Source: an uncultured Bacilli bacterium (GTDB lineage Bacteria > Bacillota_I > Bacilli_A > RF39 > UBA660). From it: 64,000 nt of DNA. The notes beneath the pieces were generated by a model, which saw only the letters and a list, made by a program, of their open reading frames with translations, did no database searches and had not been told where the DNA came from. A program made the position numbers and the translations under genes. The stretch spans positions 10,561-74,560 of the forward strand of contig CAKOPG010000004.1 of assembly GCA_934098745.1 (NCBI GenBank). The letters run 5' to 3'. Below are positions 1-13,591 of the stretch, in pieces; within the stretch, counting starts at the first letter, position 1; each line of letters opens with the position of its first letter.

Positions 1-491
1 TTGAAGTTGTTGACAATACAGTTACAGTTAAGGGACCAAAAGGAGAACTTAAATTAGATTTAATTAAAACATTAAAAGTTAATGTTGATGGTACTAATTT
101 AACTGTAGAAAAATTAAAAGAAGATAAATTTACAAATCAAATGCACGGAACTACAAATGCTAACATTCACAATATGATAGTAGGAGTTAGTGAAGGTTAT
201 AAAAAAGGATTAGAGATAATTGGAGTTGGATACAGATTTGCAGTTAGTGGTAATACCCTAACAATTCAAGCTGGCTATTCACATCCAGTAAAACTTGAAA
301 TTCCTGCTGGATTATCAGTAAATGCAATTAGTGCTACTGAAATCGAAGTAACTGGTGCTGACAAAATAGTAGTTGGTGAATTTGCTGCTAATATCCGTAA
401 AGTAAGACAACCTGAACCTTATAAAGGAAAAGGAATCCGTTATAAAGGTGAACATGTTCGTCATAAAGAAGGAAAGAAAGCATCTAAATAA
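1..491 (+). CDS. rplF: 50S ribosomal protein L6 (5' end outside window)
   Basis: Open frame from nt 3 reads EVVDNTVTVKGPKGELK and continues through track ORF 141..491 (GYSHPV, YKGKGIRYKGE). It lies directly upstream of rplR, as in the spc operon. Confidence 0.93.
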   Translation, partial: EVVDNTVTVKGPKGELKLDLIKTLKVNVDGTNLTVEKLKEDKFTNQMHGTTNANIHNMIVGVSEGYKKGLEIIGVGYRFAVSGNTLTIQAGYSHPVKLEIPAGLSVNAISATEIEVTGADKIVVGEFAANIRKVRQPEPYKGKGIRYKGEHVRHKEGKKASK

Positions 492-509
492 TAGAGGAGT
501 GATATTCTT

Positions 510-872
510 ATGATAAAGAAAGTTTCAAGAAATGAAATGCGTACTGAAAGACATCAAAGAATCAGAAAAGAAATCAGCGGAACAGCTGAAAGACCAAGAC
601 TTAATGTCTTCAGATCAAACGCAAACATTACAGCTCAAATCATCGATGACGAAAAAGGTTTAACTTTAGTAAGCGCTTCTACTAGAGAAAAAGAACTAAA
701 CATTAAAAATGGTGGAAACGTTGAAGCAGCTAAACTAATCGGCGCCGAAGTAGCAAAAAGAGCTAAAAAAGCAAAAATTACAAAAGTTGTATTTGATAGA
801 GGTGGATACCTATATCATGGACGTGTTAAAGCATTAGCAGATGCCGCACGTGAAAATGGATTAGAATTCTAA
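510..872 (+). CDS. rplR: 50S ribosomal protein L18
   Basis: Canonical L18 sequence ([49 protein letters not shown]). GAGGAG RBS upstream; operon position fits. Confidence 0.97.
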   Translation: MIKKVSRNEMRTERHQRIRKEISGTAERPRLNVFRSNANITAQIIDDEKGLTLVSASTREKELNIKNGGNVEAAKLIGAEVAKRAKKAKITKVVFDRGGYLYHGRVKALADAARENGLEF

Positions 873-887
873 TAAGGAGGATAACTT

Positions 888-1466
888 ATGAACGAAGAAG
901 TTAAAAAACCACAAGAAAGACCTGCTAGAACAAACGATAACAAAAATAACAAAAGACGTCCAAGAAAAACATTTGAAAAACCAAAAACAGATTTAGAAGA
1001 TAAAGTTATTTGTATCAATCGTGTTACTAAGGTTGTTAAAGGTGGTCGTCAATTTCGTTTCGCCGCTACAGTTGTAGTTGGTAATAGAAAAGGCAAAGTT
1101 GGTATTGGTTTAGGAAAAGCTAAAGAAATGCCGGATGCTGTAAAGAAAGCTACACAACAAGCATCTAAAAATCTAATAAATGTTGAATTAATTGATAATC
1201 GTACAATTTCTCATGAAATAATTGTTAAAGAAGGAGCCGTTAGAGTTATGCTTAAACCTGCTAAAGAAGGTACTGGAGTTAAAGCTGGTGGACCAGTAAG
1301 AGATGTTCTTGAATTAGCTGGAGTTAAAGATGTATTATCTAAAAGCTTAGGTTCTAGCACAAAAGTTAATATGGCTAGAGCTACATTAAATGCCCTTAAA
1401 ATGCAAAAATCACCATCACATGTTGCAACATTAAGAGGTAAAACAGTTGAGGAGATATTAAACTAA
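888..1466 (+). CDS. rpsE: 30S ribosomal protein S5 with basic N-terminal extension
   Basis: S5 core [18 protein letters not shown] ... [29 protein letters not shown]. About 35 extra K/R/N-rich residues at the N-terminus. Confidence 0.96.
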   Translation: MNEEVKKPQERPARTNDNKNNKRRPRKTFEKPKTDLEDKVICINRVTKVVKGGRQFRFAATVVVGNRKGKVGIGLGKAKEMPDAVKKATQQASKNLINVELIDNRTISHEIIVKEGAVRVMLKPAKEGTGVKAGGPVRDVLELAGVKDVLSKSLGSSTKVNMARATLNALKMQKSPSHVATLRGKTVEEILN

Positions 1467-1900
1467 TGAAATTAAATGAATTAGAAAGTTTAAAGAAAGA
1501 TCGTAAAAGAGTAGGTCGTGGACCTGGTTCTGGAAACGGTAAAACAAGTGGTAAAGGACACAAAGGACAAAACGCTAGAAGTGGTGGTGGCGTAAGACCA
1601 GGATTTGAAGGTGGACAATTACCATTATATAGAAGATTATCAAAAAGAGGATTCAACAATTACAACTTTAGAACAGTTTATGCTACTGTTAATGTAGGAG
1701 ATTTAGAAAGATTTGAAGAAGGCACTGTTATTACAAAAGAATTATTAATTGAAACAGGCCTAGTTACAAAAGAATTAGATGGGATTAAGATTTTAGGTAA
1801 TGGAGAATTAACTAAAAAGTTAACCGTTAAAGCTAACAAATTCTCATCATCTGCAAAAACAAAAATAGAAAATGTTGGTGGAACAATCGAGGTGATTTAA
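1466..1900 (+). CDS. rplO: 50S ribosomal protein L15
   Basis: [26 protein letters not shown] motif. The ATG overlaps the rpsE stop (TAATG), leaving no room for rpmD. Confidence 0.96.
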   Translation: MKLNELESLKKDRKRVGRGPGSGNGKTSGKGHKGQNARSGGGVRPGFEGGQLPLYRRLSKRGFNNYNFRTVYATVNVGDLERFEEGTVITKELLIETGLVTKELDGIKILGNGELTKKLTVKANKFSSSAKTKIENVGGTIEVI

Positions 1901-1901
1901 G

Positions 1902-3161
1902 ATGTTTAAAACATTAAAATTACTGTTTCACAAAAAAAACAAAGACATTCGTAAAAGAGTATTATTTACCTTAGCATGTTTAGGTGTATTCATTATAGGT
2001 AAGACAATTCCTGTTCCTGGAACACAAGGAGCAATTTCCGGATTAAAATTATGGGAATTATATGATGCTATCTCTGGAGGAGCACTTGAAAGATTTTCTA
2101 TCTTCTCATTTGGAGTAATGCCATATATATCTGCTTCCATTATTACAGGAATTTTACAAATGGATATTATTCCATATTTCACAGAATTAAAAGAACAAGG
2201 AGCAACTGGAAGACAAAAAATAAATCAAATTAATAGATATCTAGGATTAGCCATTGCCTTTTTACAAGGCTTTGCCATGGCTTTTGCCTTTGTACCAAAT
2301 GGCGGAACTTTAGATTATCTAAAAATCGCTATCATTTTAACAGGTGGTACTGCCTTCCTATTATGGTTGGGAGATCAAATGACTCAAAAAGGTGTTGGAA
2401 ATGGTATATCACTGCTAATTATGGCTGGTATTATTTCAAGCATTCCTAATATGTTTATCGAGACTTTCCAATCACTAGTTTTAGGAAATGATTCGTTATT
2501 CCTAGGAATAGTTGCCTTCAGTTTATTTGTTCTAATATATATAGGTATAATTGTTGGTATTGTCTATATCGAGAAATCCGAAAGAAGAATACCTATTCAA
2601 TATGCTAACCAAACTCTATCAGCTTATGGAGCAAGACAGAACTATATACCATTTAAACTAAATAGTGCTTCTGTAATGCCCGTAATCTTTGCATCGGTAA
2701 TATTTACTATTCCATCATTTATTGCTGGACTTATGGATAGTGAAAAACCATTTGCAGTCTTTGTTACAAAATATGTAAATTATAATACCCCTATAGGATT
2801 TGCTGCTTACATATTAATAATTATTCTTTTCTGTTTCTTTTATACATTTTTACAAATTAATCCGGAAGAATTATCTAAAAACCTTAATAAACAAGGTGGA
2901 TATATTCCCGGTATAAGACCAGGTAAAGAAACAAAAGATTATATTAGTACTGTAATTGGAAGAATTACATTTATTGGTGCCTTAGCTATTGCTTTAATAG
3001 CCGGATTACCAATAATATTTAGTAGCTTTATTGATACTGGTCTTCCAAGTAGTGTATCAATAGGTGGAACAAGTATATTAATTGCTATTGGTGTAGCCCT
3101 TGAGACATACAACCAATTAGAAAATAGTTTATTAAATAGAAATTATAAAGGTGGTAAATAG
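1902..3161 (+). CDS. secY: preprotein translocase subunit SecY
   Basis: 419-aa polytopic protein between rplO and adk, with SecY-like segments (GVMPYISASII, GNGISLLIMAGI). Confidence 0.95.
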   Translation: MFKTLKLLFHKKNKDIRKRVLFTLACLGVFIIGKTIPVPGTQGAISGLKLWELYDAISGGALERFSIFSFGVMPYISASIITGILQMDIIPYFTELKEQGATGRQKINQINRYLGLAIAFLQGFAMAFAFVPNGGTLDYLKIAIILTGGTAFLLWLGDQMTQKGVGNGISLLIMAGIISSIPNMFIETFQSLVLGNDSLFLGIVAFSLFVLIYIGIIVGIVYIEKSERRIPIQYANQTLSAYGARQNYIPFKLNSASVMPVIFASVIFTIPSFIAGLMDSEKPFAVFVTKYVNYNTPIGFAAYILIIILFCFFYTFLQINPEELSKNLNKQGGYIPGIRPGKETKDYISTVIGRITFIGALAIALIAGLPIIFSSFIDTGLPSSVSIGGTSILIAIGVALETYNQLENSLLNRNYKGGK

Positions 3162-3162
3162 T

Positions 3163-3819
3163 ATGAAGAATATTATATTTATAGCCCCTCCGGCAGCTGG
3201 AAAGGGCACACAATCTAAATTAGTAAGTGAAGCATATAATATTCCTCATATATCCACTGGTGATCTTTTAAGAGAAGAAATAGCTAAAAATACTCCTTTA
3301 GGAAAATCAATCAAAGAAGATATGGATAAAGGAAATTTAGTATCTGATGAAGTTATTACAACCTTGTTAAAAAATAGAATAACTAAGGAAGATTGCAAAG
3401 ATGGCTATATTTTAGATGGATATCCAAGAAATATTGCCCAAGCCGAAATATATAATAACTTACTTGAAGAACTTAATTTTACCAAAGGTGTAGTTATCTT
3501 CTTTGATATTGATAAAGATTTAGCCCTTAAAAGAACTATCAGTAGAATAATCTGCCCAAATTGTGGTTCATCTTATAACTTATTAGTTGAAGATTTAAAA
3601 CCAAAAGAAGAAAATATTTGTGATAGATGTCATCATGAACTAAAAACTAGAACTGATGATACCGAAGAGGTTTTTATTCATCGTTTTGATACTTATATGA
3701 ATAGTACTAAAGAATTAATAGATTATTATGATAAATTAAATATTCTTCATAAGATAAACGTTGGAGAAAAGTCAGCTAACACAATATTTGAGGAAGTTAA
3801 AGGGATATTAAATGATTAG
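3163..3819 (+). CDS. adk: adenylate kinase (zinc-knuckle LID type)
   Basis: P-loop IAPPAAGKGTQ; LID cysteines CPNCGSSY...CDRCHHEL. ATG 3163 is preferred over track GTG 3151 because AAAGGTGG lies 9 nt upstream. Confidence 0.95.
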   Translation: MKNIIFIAPPAAGKGTQSKLVSEAYNIPHISTGDLLREEIAKNTPLGKSIKEDMDKGNLVSDEVITTLLKNRITKEDCKDGYILDGYPRNIAQAEIYNNLLEELNFTKGVVIFFDIDKDLALKRTISRIICPNCGSSYNLLVEDLKPKEENICDRCHHELKTRTDDTEEVFIHRFDTYMNSTKELIDYYDKLNILHKINVGEKSANTIFEEVKGILND

Positions 3820-4562
3820 TATTAAGTCAGATTATGAAATATCATTAATGAGAAAAGCTGGTAACATAGTATATCAAACACATAAATACTTATTACCATA
3901 TGTTAAACCAGGTATTACAACTAAAGAATTGGATAAATTAGCATATGACTTTATAACGAGTCATGATGCAACACCATCATTTTTAAATTACAATGGATTT
4001 CCAGGAACAATTTGTACATCCATAAATGAAGAGGTCGTTCATGGAATTCCTTCAAATAGAAAACTTAAAAATGGTGATATTATTGGTATTGATATTGGTG
4101 CCTGTTACAAAGGATATCATGGCGATTCTGCTTGGTCTTACGCTGTAGGCAGTGTCTCACGCGAAAAAGCGTATTTATTAGAACATACCGAAAAAGCACT
4201 ATACGAAGGACTAAAGCAAGTTAAACCAGGTAACCATATTGGTGATATATCAAATGCCATTGAAACATATGCTAATGAACATAAATTAGGTGTTGTTCGT
4301 GAATTAGTAGGCCATGGTGTTGGTTCTAATCTTCACGAAGATCCAGATGTACCTAACTATGGTAAAAAAGGTACCGGTCCAGTTTTAAAAGAAGGTATGA
4401 CTATAGCTATAGAACCAATGTTAAATCTAGGAACACCTAAAATATATATTTTAGATGATGATTGGACAATAGTTACAAGAGACGAATTACCATCTGCTCA
4501 CTTTGAGCATAGTGTTGTCGTTACCAAAGATGGCTATAGAATATTAACAGGAGATGATAATT

Positions 4563-4570
<8 letters not shown>
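3812..4570 (+). CDS. map: type I methionine aminopeptidase
   Basis: MetAP signature blocks [26 protein letters not shown]. Conserved adk-map-infA order. Confidence 0.95.
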
Positions 4571-4906
<336 letters not shown>

Positions 4907-4925
4907 TTTTTAGGAGGAAAAATAA

Positions 4926-5294
4926 ATGGCAAGAATTAAAGGTATTGATATACCAAATGACAAAAGAATTGAAATTTCACTAACTTATATTTATGGTATT
5001 GGCAGAAAATTATCTAAACAAATTTTAACAGCAGCTAATGTTGACTTAGATAAAAAAGCAAAAGATCTAACCGAAGAAGAGTTAGCAAGTATCAGAAAAG
5101 AAATTGAAAACCATACCGTTGAAGGTGACTTAAGAAGAGAAATCAACATGAACATTAAAACAAAAATGGAAATCAATTCTTATCAAGGAACTAGACATAA
5201 AAAGAATCTACCAGTTAGAGGACAAAGAACTAACAGAAATGCTAGAACTCGTAAGGGTAGAGGAAAAGTTGTTGCAAACAAGAAGAAAGCTTAA
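4926..5294 (+). CDS. rpsM: 30S ribosomal protein S13
   Basis: [26 protein letters not shown] ... [18 protein letters not shown]. Confidence 0.97.
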   Translation: MARIKGIDIPNDKRIEISLTYIYGIGRKLSKQILTAANVDLDKKAKDLTEEELASIRKEIENHTVEGDLRREINMNIKTKMEINSYQGTRHKKNLPVRGQRTNRNARTRKGRGKVVANKKKA

Positions 5295-5318
5295 ATTTAT
5301 TAAAAGGAGGATATTTAT

Positions 5319-5708
5319 ATGGGAAAAACATATAACGCTAGAAAACGTAAAGTTAAGAAAAATGTTCCACATGGTGAAGTACATATTCATACAACCTTCA
5401 ACAATACAGTAATTACTATTACTGATACCGAAGGAAATACTATTAGTTGGGCTTCAGCTGGAACAATGGGAATAAAAGGTAGCAAGAAGTCAACTCCATT
5501 TGCAGCTGGTATGGCCGCTGAAAAAGCTGGTAAAGTTGCTGCTGATGCTGGTATGAAAACAGTTGATGTATTTGTTAAAGGATTAGGTGCTGGAAGAGAA
5601 TCAGCTATAAGATCATTAGCAACTGCTGGATTAGAAGTAAAATCAATTACTGATGTAACACCAATTCCACACAATGGATGCCGTCCACCAAAAAAACGTC
5701 GTGGATAA
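5319..5708 (+). CDS. rpsK: 30S ribosomal protein S11
   Basis: [22 protein letters not shown] ... [15 protein letters not shown]. Confidence 0.97.
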   Translation: MGKTYNARKRKVKKNVPHGEVHIHTTFNNTVITITDTEGNTISWASAGTMGIKGSKKSTPFAAGMAAEKAGKVAADAGMKTVDVFVKGLGAGRESAIRSLATAGLEVKSITDVTPIPHNGCRPPKKRRG

Positions 5709-5727
5709 AAGAAAGGGAGTGTGTTAA

Positions 5728-6681
5728 ATGTTAAAATTTGAAAAACCAGAATATAAAGTAAAAGAATATGCAAGTGATAATTTTTACGGAAAGTTTGAAA
5801 TTGAACCCCTTGAAAGAGGCTTTGGAACAACTCTTGGTAACGCTCTAAGAAGAGTAATGTTATCAAGTTTACCAGGAGACGCCATCACTAGTATTAAAAT
5901 TGATGGTGTAGCTCATGAGTTTCAAAAAGTTGATGGTATTATCGAAGATGTTACCGCAATCGTCTTAAACGTAAAAAGCATTGTTATTAAAAATCATTCT
6001 AGTGATTACAATAAAATCTTAAGATTATCAAAATCAACAGCTGGCCCTGTAACAGCCGCTGACATTGAAAAAGATGCCGATATTGAAATTCTTAATCCTG
6101 ATCAAATTATTTGCACTCTTGCTGAAGGCGGAAGTATAAATATGGAAATGACTATTTCATCAGGAAGAGGATATGTCAGAGCTGAAGAAAATAAGAAATT
6201 ATTTGATAAAAATAAGATGAATGTTATTGCTATCGATAGTTCATATTCTCCAATAGAGAGAATAAACTATGAAGTAGAACCAGCAAGAGTTGGTCAAAAC
6301 GATCACTATGATAAATTAATTCTAGAAATCTGGACTAATGGTTCAATTACTCCAGAAGAATCTATTGCATTAGGCTCAAGAATTTTAATAGAACATTTTG
6401 AAATATTAGCAGACTTAAATGAAATAGCTGATGAAACAGGACTTATGATTGCTAAAGTTGAAGATCCTAACGTTAAAATATTAGAAACTTCAATTGATGA
6501 TTTAGATTTATCAGTAAGAGCATACAATTGCCTAAAAAGAGCAGGTATTCTTACTCTTAAAAATTTAGTTGATAAGAGTGAAAATGAAATGATGAAGATT
6601 AGAAACCTAGGTAAAAAATCTTTAAAAGAAGTTATGGACAAGGTTAAAGATATGGGCTTAAGTTTCAGATCTGAAGACTAA
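5728..6681 (+). CDS. rpoA: DNA-directed RNA polymerase subunit alpha
   Basis: N-terminal [20 protein letters not shown]; C-terminal domain [17 protein letters not shown]. Position between rpsK and rplQ. Confidence 0.97.
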   Translation: MLKFEKPEYKVKEYASDNFYGKFEIEPLERGFGTTLGNALRRVMLSSLPGDAITSIKIDGVAHEFQKVDGIIEDVTAIVLNVKSIVIKNHSSDYNKILRLSKSTAGPVTAADIEKDADIEILNPDQIICTLAEGGSINMEMTISSGRGYVRAEENKKLFDKNKMNVIAIDSSYSPIERINYEVEPARVGQNDHYDKLILEIWTNGSITPEESIALGSRILIEHFEILADLNEIADETGLMIAKVEDPNVKILETSIDDLDLSVRAYNCLKRAGILTLKNLVDKSENEMMKIRNLGKKSLKEVMDKVKDMGLSFRSED

Positions 6682-6698
6682 AAAAGGAGGAACGTATT

Positions 6699-7040
6699 AT
6701 GGCATACAGAAAATTAGGAAGAAATAACAAACACAGAAGAAGTATGTTAGCAACTTTAACAAAACAACTAATTGAAAACGAAAGAATTATTACTACTGAA
6801 GATAGAGCAAAAGAAGTTAGAAAATGCTTTGATAAAATGGTAACATATGGTAAAAATGGTTCATTAGTATCTAGAAGATTAGCCCTAGCTTTCTTACATA
6901 ATGATGAAGCTTGCGTTTCTAAAGTATTTAACGAATTAGCTCCACGTTATAAAGAAAGAAATGGTGGTTATACAAGAATCATTAAATATAAAGAAAGAAA
7001 AGGAGATAACGCTCTACAAGTTATCTTAGAATTAGTTTAA
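6699..7040 (+). CDS. rplQ: 50S ribosomal protein L17
   Basis: [20 protein letters not shown] ... [10 protein letters not shown]. Confidence 0.96.
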   Translation: MAYRKLGRNNKHRRSMLATLTKQLIENERIITTEDRAKEVRKCFDKMVTYGKNGSLVSRRLALAFLHNDEACVSKVFNELAPRYKERNGGYTRIIKYKERKGDNALQVILELV

Positions 7041-7048
7041 CTATCACA

Positions 7049-7093
7049 AAGTAATATATAGATTTCAAAATTTATATATTACTTTTTCTTTTC
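7049..7093 (+). terminator. rho-independent terminator of the alpha operon
   Basis: Perfect 12-bp stem AAGTAATATATA / TATATATTACTT (7049-7060 / 7073-7084) followed by TTTCTTTTC. Confidence 0.8.
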
Positions 7094-7153
7094 AAAAAAT
7101 TACTGACAAAAAATAAATAATATGTTAAAATCTACTTATTAGGATGTGATAAA

Positions 7154-7660
7154 ATGAGTACAAGTAAAGAAAGAATCTATTATACAATAATGCATAGAAG
7201 AGCTCTTAAAGCAATTAGTAAAGTGTATTGTCCCAAAGAGTATCAAGATGAAATTGATAAAAGGCTTATTTATCATGATATGGATAAAGTAATTATGAAT
7301 TTAATAGATATTCCATATGAAGAAGTAAAAAAAATTCATCGTCTAAACAGTAGGCATCATTACATTCCAAATACCACCTATACTAAAGCAGATTATCTTG
7401 AAATGATTTTCGATTGGGAATCAGCAAGATATACCAAAGATGACAAACCAGCTAATGCCTACAATACCTTAATCAAATATTATGAACCATTGATTAAAGA
7501 AATCAAACCTATTCTTGAAGAAATCCATTTAGATACTGAAGATGATACTAAAAATGAAGAAGTAACTAAATTAATTGATTATAATTTAACCGATGAAGAT
7601 ATAAAGAAAGAAATAACCAATTATCTTAATATCATGCTTTTGAAAACAGGAATAAAATAA
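7154..7660 (+). CDS. hypothetical protein with HD-superfamily-like H..HD..H..D spacing
   Basis: 168-aa ORF with GGATG-type RBS. Motifs IMHRRA, YHDMDK, NSRHHY, FDWES. Family not recognised with confidence. Confidence 0.6.
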   Translation: MSTSKERIYYTIMHRRALKAISKVYCPKEYQDEIDKRLIYHDMDKVIMNLIDIPYEEVKKIHRLNSRHHYIPNTTYTKADYLEMIFDWESARYTKDDKPANAYNTLIKYYEPLIKEIKPILEEIHLDTEDDTKNEEVTKLIDYNLTDEDIKKEITNYLNIMLLKTGIK

Positions 7661-7758
7661 ATATCTATATCTTATTGAATTAATAATTATATCCATTACT
7701 TTATAGTCTTAAAAATATCAAAATAAGTAAAATTGATACCTTAGAGGAGAACATAACT

Positions 7759-8544
7759 ATGAATAAAAAGAATGAAGTAATAACATCAATTATTATAATT
7801 ATTTCTTCATTATCATTTATTGTCATTGGCTTTATTATTGGCATTAATTATAATAAGACTAATAATATTATTGAAAATAGTAGCCAATTTAATGTAAATA
7901 AAGATAATTCAAATGAAAATTTACCAAATGACAATATGGAAGAAATAATAAATATTCAAGCCGACTTAAAATTAGTCAAAGAAAGTAATGATCTAAATAA
8001 TCTTGAGAAAGCTGTAAAAATATCAAGTATATTATATCAAAATACATTTAAAATTTTAAAAATTGAAAAGAACGTAACATGTGAAAAGACAGCTGATACA
8101 TATGCATGTTTCTTTATAGATGATCAAAATGTTAACTATAACTTAAACATTTCTAATAATTTTAAACGTGTTTTAATAGATCAAACTTGGTATAATTTAT
8201 TTAATGAAAATAATTCCACTGATTTGTCACTAGATAAGCTAATTAACTATCTAAATTATAATGCTTATTCAAAATATTTAATAAAAGAATTAAATATTAG
8301 CCAACCGGATGGCATATATAGTTACATGCAAAATAAATTTTCTTTAACCGAACAAGATGCTTGTATTGGATATGATGAAGATAAAAACTTCTTTAACATT
8401 AAAATAAACAAAGTAAATAATTCCAAACTAGGATGGTATTATTTTGATAAATGGACTGGTAAATGCCAAAATACCATTGATACAGTAGCCATATACAGAA
8501 TAAATAAAAAAGATTATACTTATAAAGTACTAATTAGCAGTTAA
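7759..8544 (+). CDS. hypothetical membrane-anchored protein (single N-terminal TM)
   Basis: GAGGAG RBS. N-terminal hydrophobic helix IIIIISSLSFIVIGFIIGI followed by an N/K-rich soluble part. Confidence 0.7.
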   Translation: MNKKNEVITSIIIIISSLSFIVIGFIIGINYNKTNNIIENSSQFNVNKDNSNENLPNDNMEEIINIQADLKLVKESNDLNNLEKAVKISSILYQNTFKILKIEKNVTCEKTADTYACFFIDDQNVNYNLNISNNFKRVLIDQTWYNLFNENNSTDLSLDKLINYLNYNAYSKYLIKELNISQPDGIYSYMQNKFSLTEQDACIGYDEDKNFFNIKINKVNNSKLGWYYFDKWTGKCQNTIDTVAIYRINKKDYTYKVLISS

Positions 8545-8682
8545 TTATTCTTAATTTTTTGCTTATATAAACTTCTTAATTCTTTATAAAAAATGATAAA
8601 GAAATGTGAATAAGCGAGCGATAATTACGCTTGTTTTTTTTACTTAAATTTATGTTAATTTTATTAAAAATTCTCTAAATAA

Positions 8683-8691
8683 TGCTATAAT
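8683..8691 (+). promoter_or_regulatory. extended -10 promoter element upstream of ligA
   Basis: TGCTATAAT matches TGnTATAAT and lies about 40 nt before the ligA start. Confidence 0.5.
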
Positions 8692-8726
8692 AATATATAT
8701 ATAGAAAAATATTATCAAACTTATAG

Positions 8727-10739
<2,013 letters not shown>

Positions 10740-10757
10740 AAAGAAAGAAGTGGAAGT

Positions 10758-11975
10758 ATGTTAGATTTATATTATAAATATGCTTATTTATTATTAACCA
10801 AAGGTTTATGTATTAAAGAAAACCAACCATTAGTAATAAATGCTCCTATAGAAAGTATTGATTTTATTCGTATTCTTACAAAGGTAGCATGTGAACTAAA
10901 AATAAAAGATATTTACTTTGATTGGCAAGATGATGAACTAGAGCATACTCTTTTAGAAAGTTATGCCAAAGAAAATATTGCAAATAGTCTTTTTTGGAAT
11001 AAATCCATTCATGATATATATGCCAAAAAAAATGCCGCCTTTTTATTCTTAATAGCCTCATCCGGAAACATTATGGCAAGCATTCCCTCAGAAAAAATGA
11101 AAATAGCTAATGCCATCAGATTAGAAACTAAAAAATTATATCGAAACTTACAATCAAATAACCAAATTAAATGGTGTATTGCCTCTGTTGCTACAGAAAA
11201 ATGGGGAAATCTAGTTTTTCCAAATGATGAAAATGCTAAAGACAAATTATGGCAAACTATCTTTGATATCTGTTTAGTTAATGAAGAAAATCCATGCTTA
11301 TCATGGCAAGAAAAAATGCTTCATAATAAAGAATTATGTGATAAATTAACTGCCTTAAACATAAAGAGTTTAAATTATCAAAATAGCCTTGGCACTAACT
11401 TAAATATTGAATTACCTTATAAAGCAATCTGGTGTGGTGGCGATAGTTATATTCTAGGAGATAAACCTATTGTTAATATACCAACAGAAGAAGTTTTTAC
11501 AACTCCTAATAAATTTAAAACTTCTGGTATTGTATATTGTTCCAAACCATTAATCCATGAAGGAATTACTATAGATGGTATTGTTTTAGAATTTGCTTCA
11601 GGTAAAGTAGTAAAATATTATGCTAAAATAAATCAAGAAGAATTAAAAAATATCATAGAATTTGATAAAGAGTCTTCGATGTTAGGAGAAGTAGCTTTAG
11701 TAGATTATAATTCCAAAATATCAAAAACTAATTTGTTATTTTATGAAACCCTTTTTGATGAAAATGCTGCTTGTCATATTGCTCTAGGTAGAGGCTTCAA
11801 AGAATGCTTAGATAATGGTCACAATTTAACCGAAGCAAAGCTAGAAAATATTGGTTACAATAAATCAAAAAATCATGTCGATATTATGATTGGTACTAAA
11901 GACTTACAAATTATTGCTACAACGTATGATAATAAAAAAATTACTATTTTTAAAGATGGAAGTTTTAATATTTAA
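10758..11975 (+). CDS. M29-family aminopeptidase (AmpS/PepS-like)
   Basis: C-terminal block EEVFTTPN ... GEVALV ... LFDENAACHIALGRGF is typical of thermophilic metalloprotease family M29. Confidence 0.85.
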   Translation: MLDLYYKYAYLLLTKGLCIKENQPLVINAPIESIDFIRILTKVACELKIKDIYFDWQDDELEHTLLESYAKENIANSLFWNKSIHDIYAKKNAAFLFLIASSGNIMASIPSEKMKIANAIRLETKKLYRNLQSNNQIKWCIASVATEKWGNLVFPNDENAKDKLWQTIFDICLVNEENPCLSWQEKMLHNKELCDKLTALNIKSLNYQNSLGTNLNIELPYKAIWCGGDSYILGDKPIVNIPTEEVFTTPNKFKTSGIVYCSKPLIHEGITIDGIVLEFASGKVVKYYAKINQEELKNIIEFDKESSMLGEVALVDYNSKISKTNLLFYETLFDENAACHIALGRGFKECLDNGHNLTEAKLENIGYNKSKNHVDIMIGTKDLQIIATTYDNKKITIFKDGSFNI

Positions 11976-12030
11976 AACTTCTTTTTGTATAAAAAAAGAT
12001 AACTTAAACATAATATTAATGGTGAAGACA

Positions 12031-12468
12031 ATGAATGAAAATAATGAACTAGCATTATATATTTACAAAAATGCTGATATGGGCGTTAAAGCTACTACTA
12101 AGTTAATTAAACTTCTAAATAATAGTGATAATAAAATCAAAAATATTGTTGAAGGTGAATTAAAGGGATATGAAAACTTTCTAAAGAAAAGTAAAACCTA
12201 TTTAAAAAAGAATAAAATATCCCCTAAAGCTAATAGTATTATAGCGGAAATTTCATCTTATATTGGCATGAATTTAGAATTTATGAAAGATAATAGTGAT
12301 GCTAAAATAGCTGATATCTTAATTAGAGGTTTCACTATGGGCAATATTGAAATCGATAAAAAGATTGATAAATATAAGTGTGATGCTGATAAATCTCTAA
12401 TAAAACTAGCAAAAGAATTAAAAAAATTCGGTGAAGAAAACATCGAACTCCTAAAACCATATCTCTAA
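12031..12468 (+). CDS. hypothetical helical protein
   Basis: In-frame ATG 12031 after GGTGAAG. The upstream part of track ORF 11890.. overlaps the aminopeptidase and is discounted. Confidence 0.65.
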   Translation: MNENNELALYIYKNADMGVKATTKLIKLLNNSDNKIKNIVEGELKGYENFLKKSKTYLKKNKISPKANSIIAEISSYIGMNLEFMKDNSDAKIADILIRGFTMGNIEIDKKIDKYKCDADKSLIKLAKELKKFGEENIELLKPYL

Positions 12469-12490
12469 ATATGGTTTTCTTTCTATACAA

Positions 12491-12991
12491 ATGTATTATT
12501 TAAAATTATTTTTACTATATTCTTTGCTAGGCTTTGTAATGGAATCAACTCTTTTTAAAATATTATTATGTAAAAAACATAGCGGTATCTTTTATGGACC
12601 TATAACCGCTGTATATGGTATAGGAATAATAGCCCTAACACTAATAGACAAGTATATGTTTTCCAAAATAAAGAAAAATACAATAATAAAACTTATAATA
12701 GAATATATAACAGTAACTATTATTTTAACTTTAATAGAATATATTGGTGGAAATACTTTAGAATACATCTTCAACATAACAATGTGGAATTATACCAAAT
12801 ATAAATACCATTTTGGTAAATATATTTGTCTAAATAATTCTTTAATATGGGGATTATTAGGAGTATTTTATATCAACATTTTTAAAAAATTTACTGATAA
12901 ACTATTAAAACAAATAAATAATAGAGAAACTATCTTATTTTTATTCATATTTACTATAGATTTAATAGTTACCTTAATTACCAAAACTTAA
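12491..12991 (+). CDS. polytopic membrane protein, 'putative ABC-transporter type IV'-like family
   Basis: Five or six TM helices. Segments MESTLFKI, GPITAVYGIG, EYIGGNTLEYIFNITMWNY, SLIWGLLG resemble that family. Recognised by eye only. Confidence 0.5.
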   Translation: MYYLKLFLLYSLLGFVMESTLFKILLCKKHSGIFYGPITAVYGIGIIALTLIDKYMFSKIKKNTIIKLIIEYITVTIILTLIEYIGGNTLEYIFNITMWNYTKYKYHFGKYICLNNSLIWGLLGVFYINIFKKFTDKLLKQINNRETILFLFIFTIDLIVTLITKT

Positions 12992-13025
12992 TACTTTTAA
13001 TAAAGTTATTAAACTAATAAAACAC

Positions 13026-13052
13026 AAAAAAACTAATTCATTGCTGAATCAG
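13026..13052 (-). terminator. terminator of tRNA-Met transcription unit
   Basis: On the minus strand: ACTGATTCA gca.. TGAATTAGT stem (one G-U) followed by TTTTTTT. Confidence 0.65.
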
Positions 13053-13087
13053 TATCTCTAAACTCGAAAATCGAGAAAATTACAACT

Positions 13088-13164
13088 TGGTAGCGACGGG
13101 GGGATTCGAACCCTCGACCCTTCGGGTATGAACCGAATGCTCTAGCCAACTGAGCTACATCGCC
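13088..13164 (-). tRNA. tRNA-Met (anticodon CAT; elongator or tRNA-Ile2 type), CCA encoded
   Basis: Reverse complement GGCGATGTAGCTCAGTTGGCTAGAGCATTCGGTTCATACCCGAAGGGTCGAGGGTTCGAATCCCCCCGTCGCTACCA folds as a cloverleaf with anticodon loop TTCATAC. A TTGTCA-17-TATTAT promoter lies to its right. Confidence 0.9.
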
Positions 13165-13591
13165 ATAAATCAAACAAGCAATATAATAATATCATAAATA
13201 TTATTAATTGACAATACCTAACATAAAAATTTCCTAAAAAATTTAAAAAAGAATTTGTAAATTCTTGAATTCTTGTAAAATTATGTATTCTTAGTTATTT
13301 TGTATAATTTAGTTTCTTTAACAGAATATTACAAGCATAGTAAGTAGTACTATTATCTGCTTTAATATTCTTTTTTATCTATTCCTGACCTAAAACAGAG
13401 ATGTTCACTTTCATTAACGCTCCTTACTACTGAATTATTATGAAGAATTTCAGAATCAAATATATAAAATTTATCATCATAACATAAATAACTATATCAT
13501 AGAAAACTTTCTTTTTATAATATTAAAAGAAAAAAAACAACTTATTACTAAATTGATATCTTTAAACCTAAAAATTGAGAAAACAACAACT

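Noticed and set aside
1464-1468. Absence of rpmD (L30) between rpsE and rplO.
   Set aside because: This is real (TAATG overlap), but L30 loss is a known lineage-level trait in several bacterial groups. I treat it as a taxonomic hint rather than a novelty.
11890-12030. N-terminal extension of track ORF 11890..12468.
   Set aside because: It overlaps the 3' end of the M29 aminopeptidase in another frame. An internal ATG at 12031 gives a sensible independent gene.
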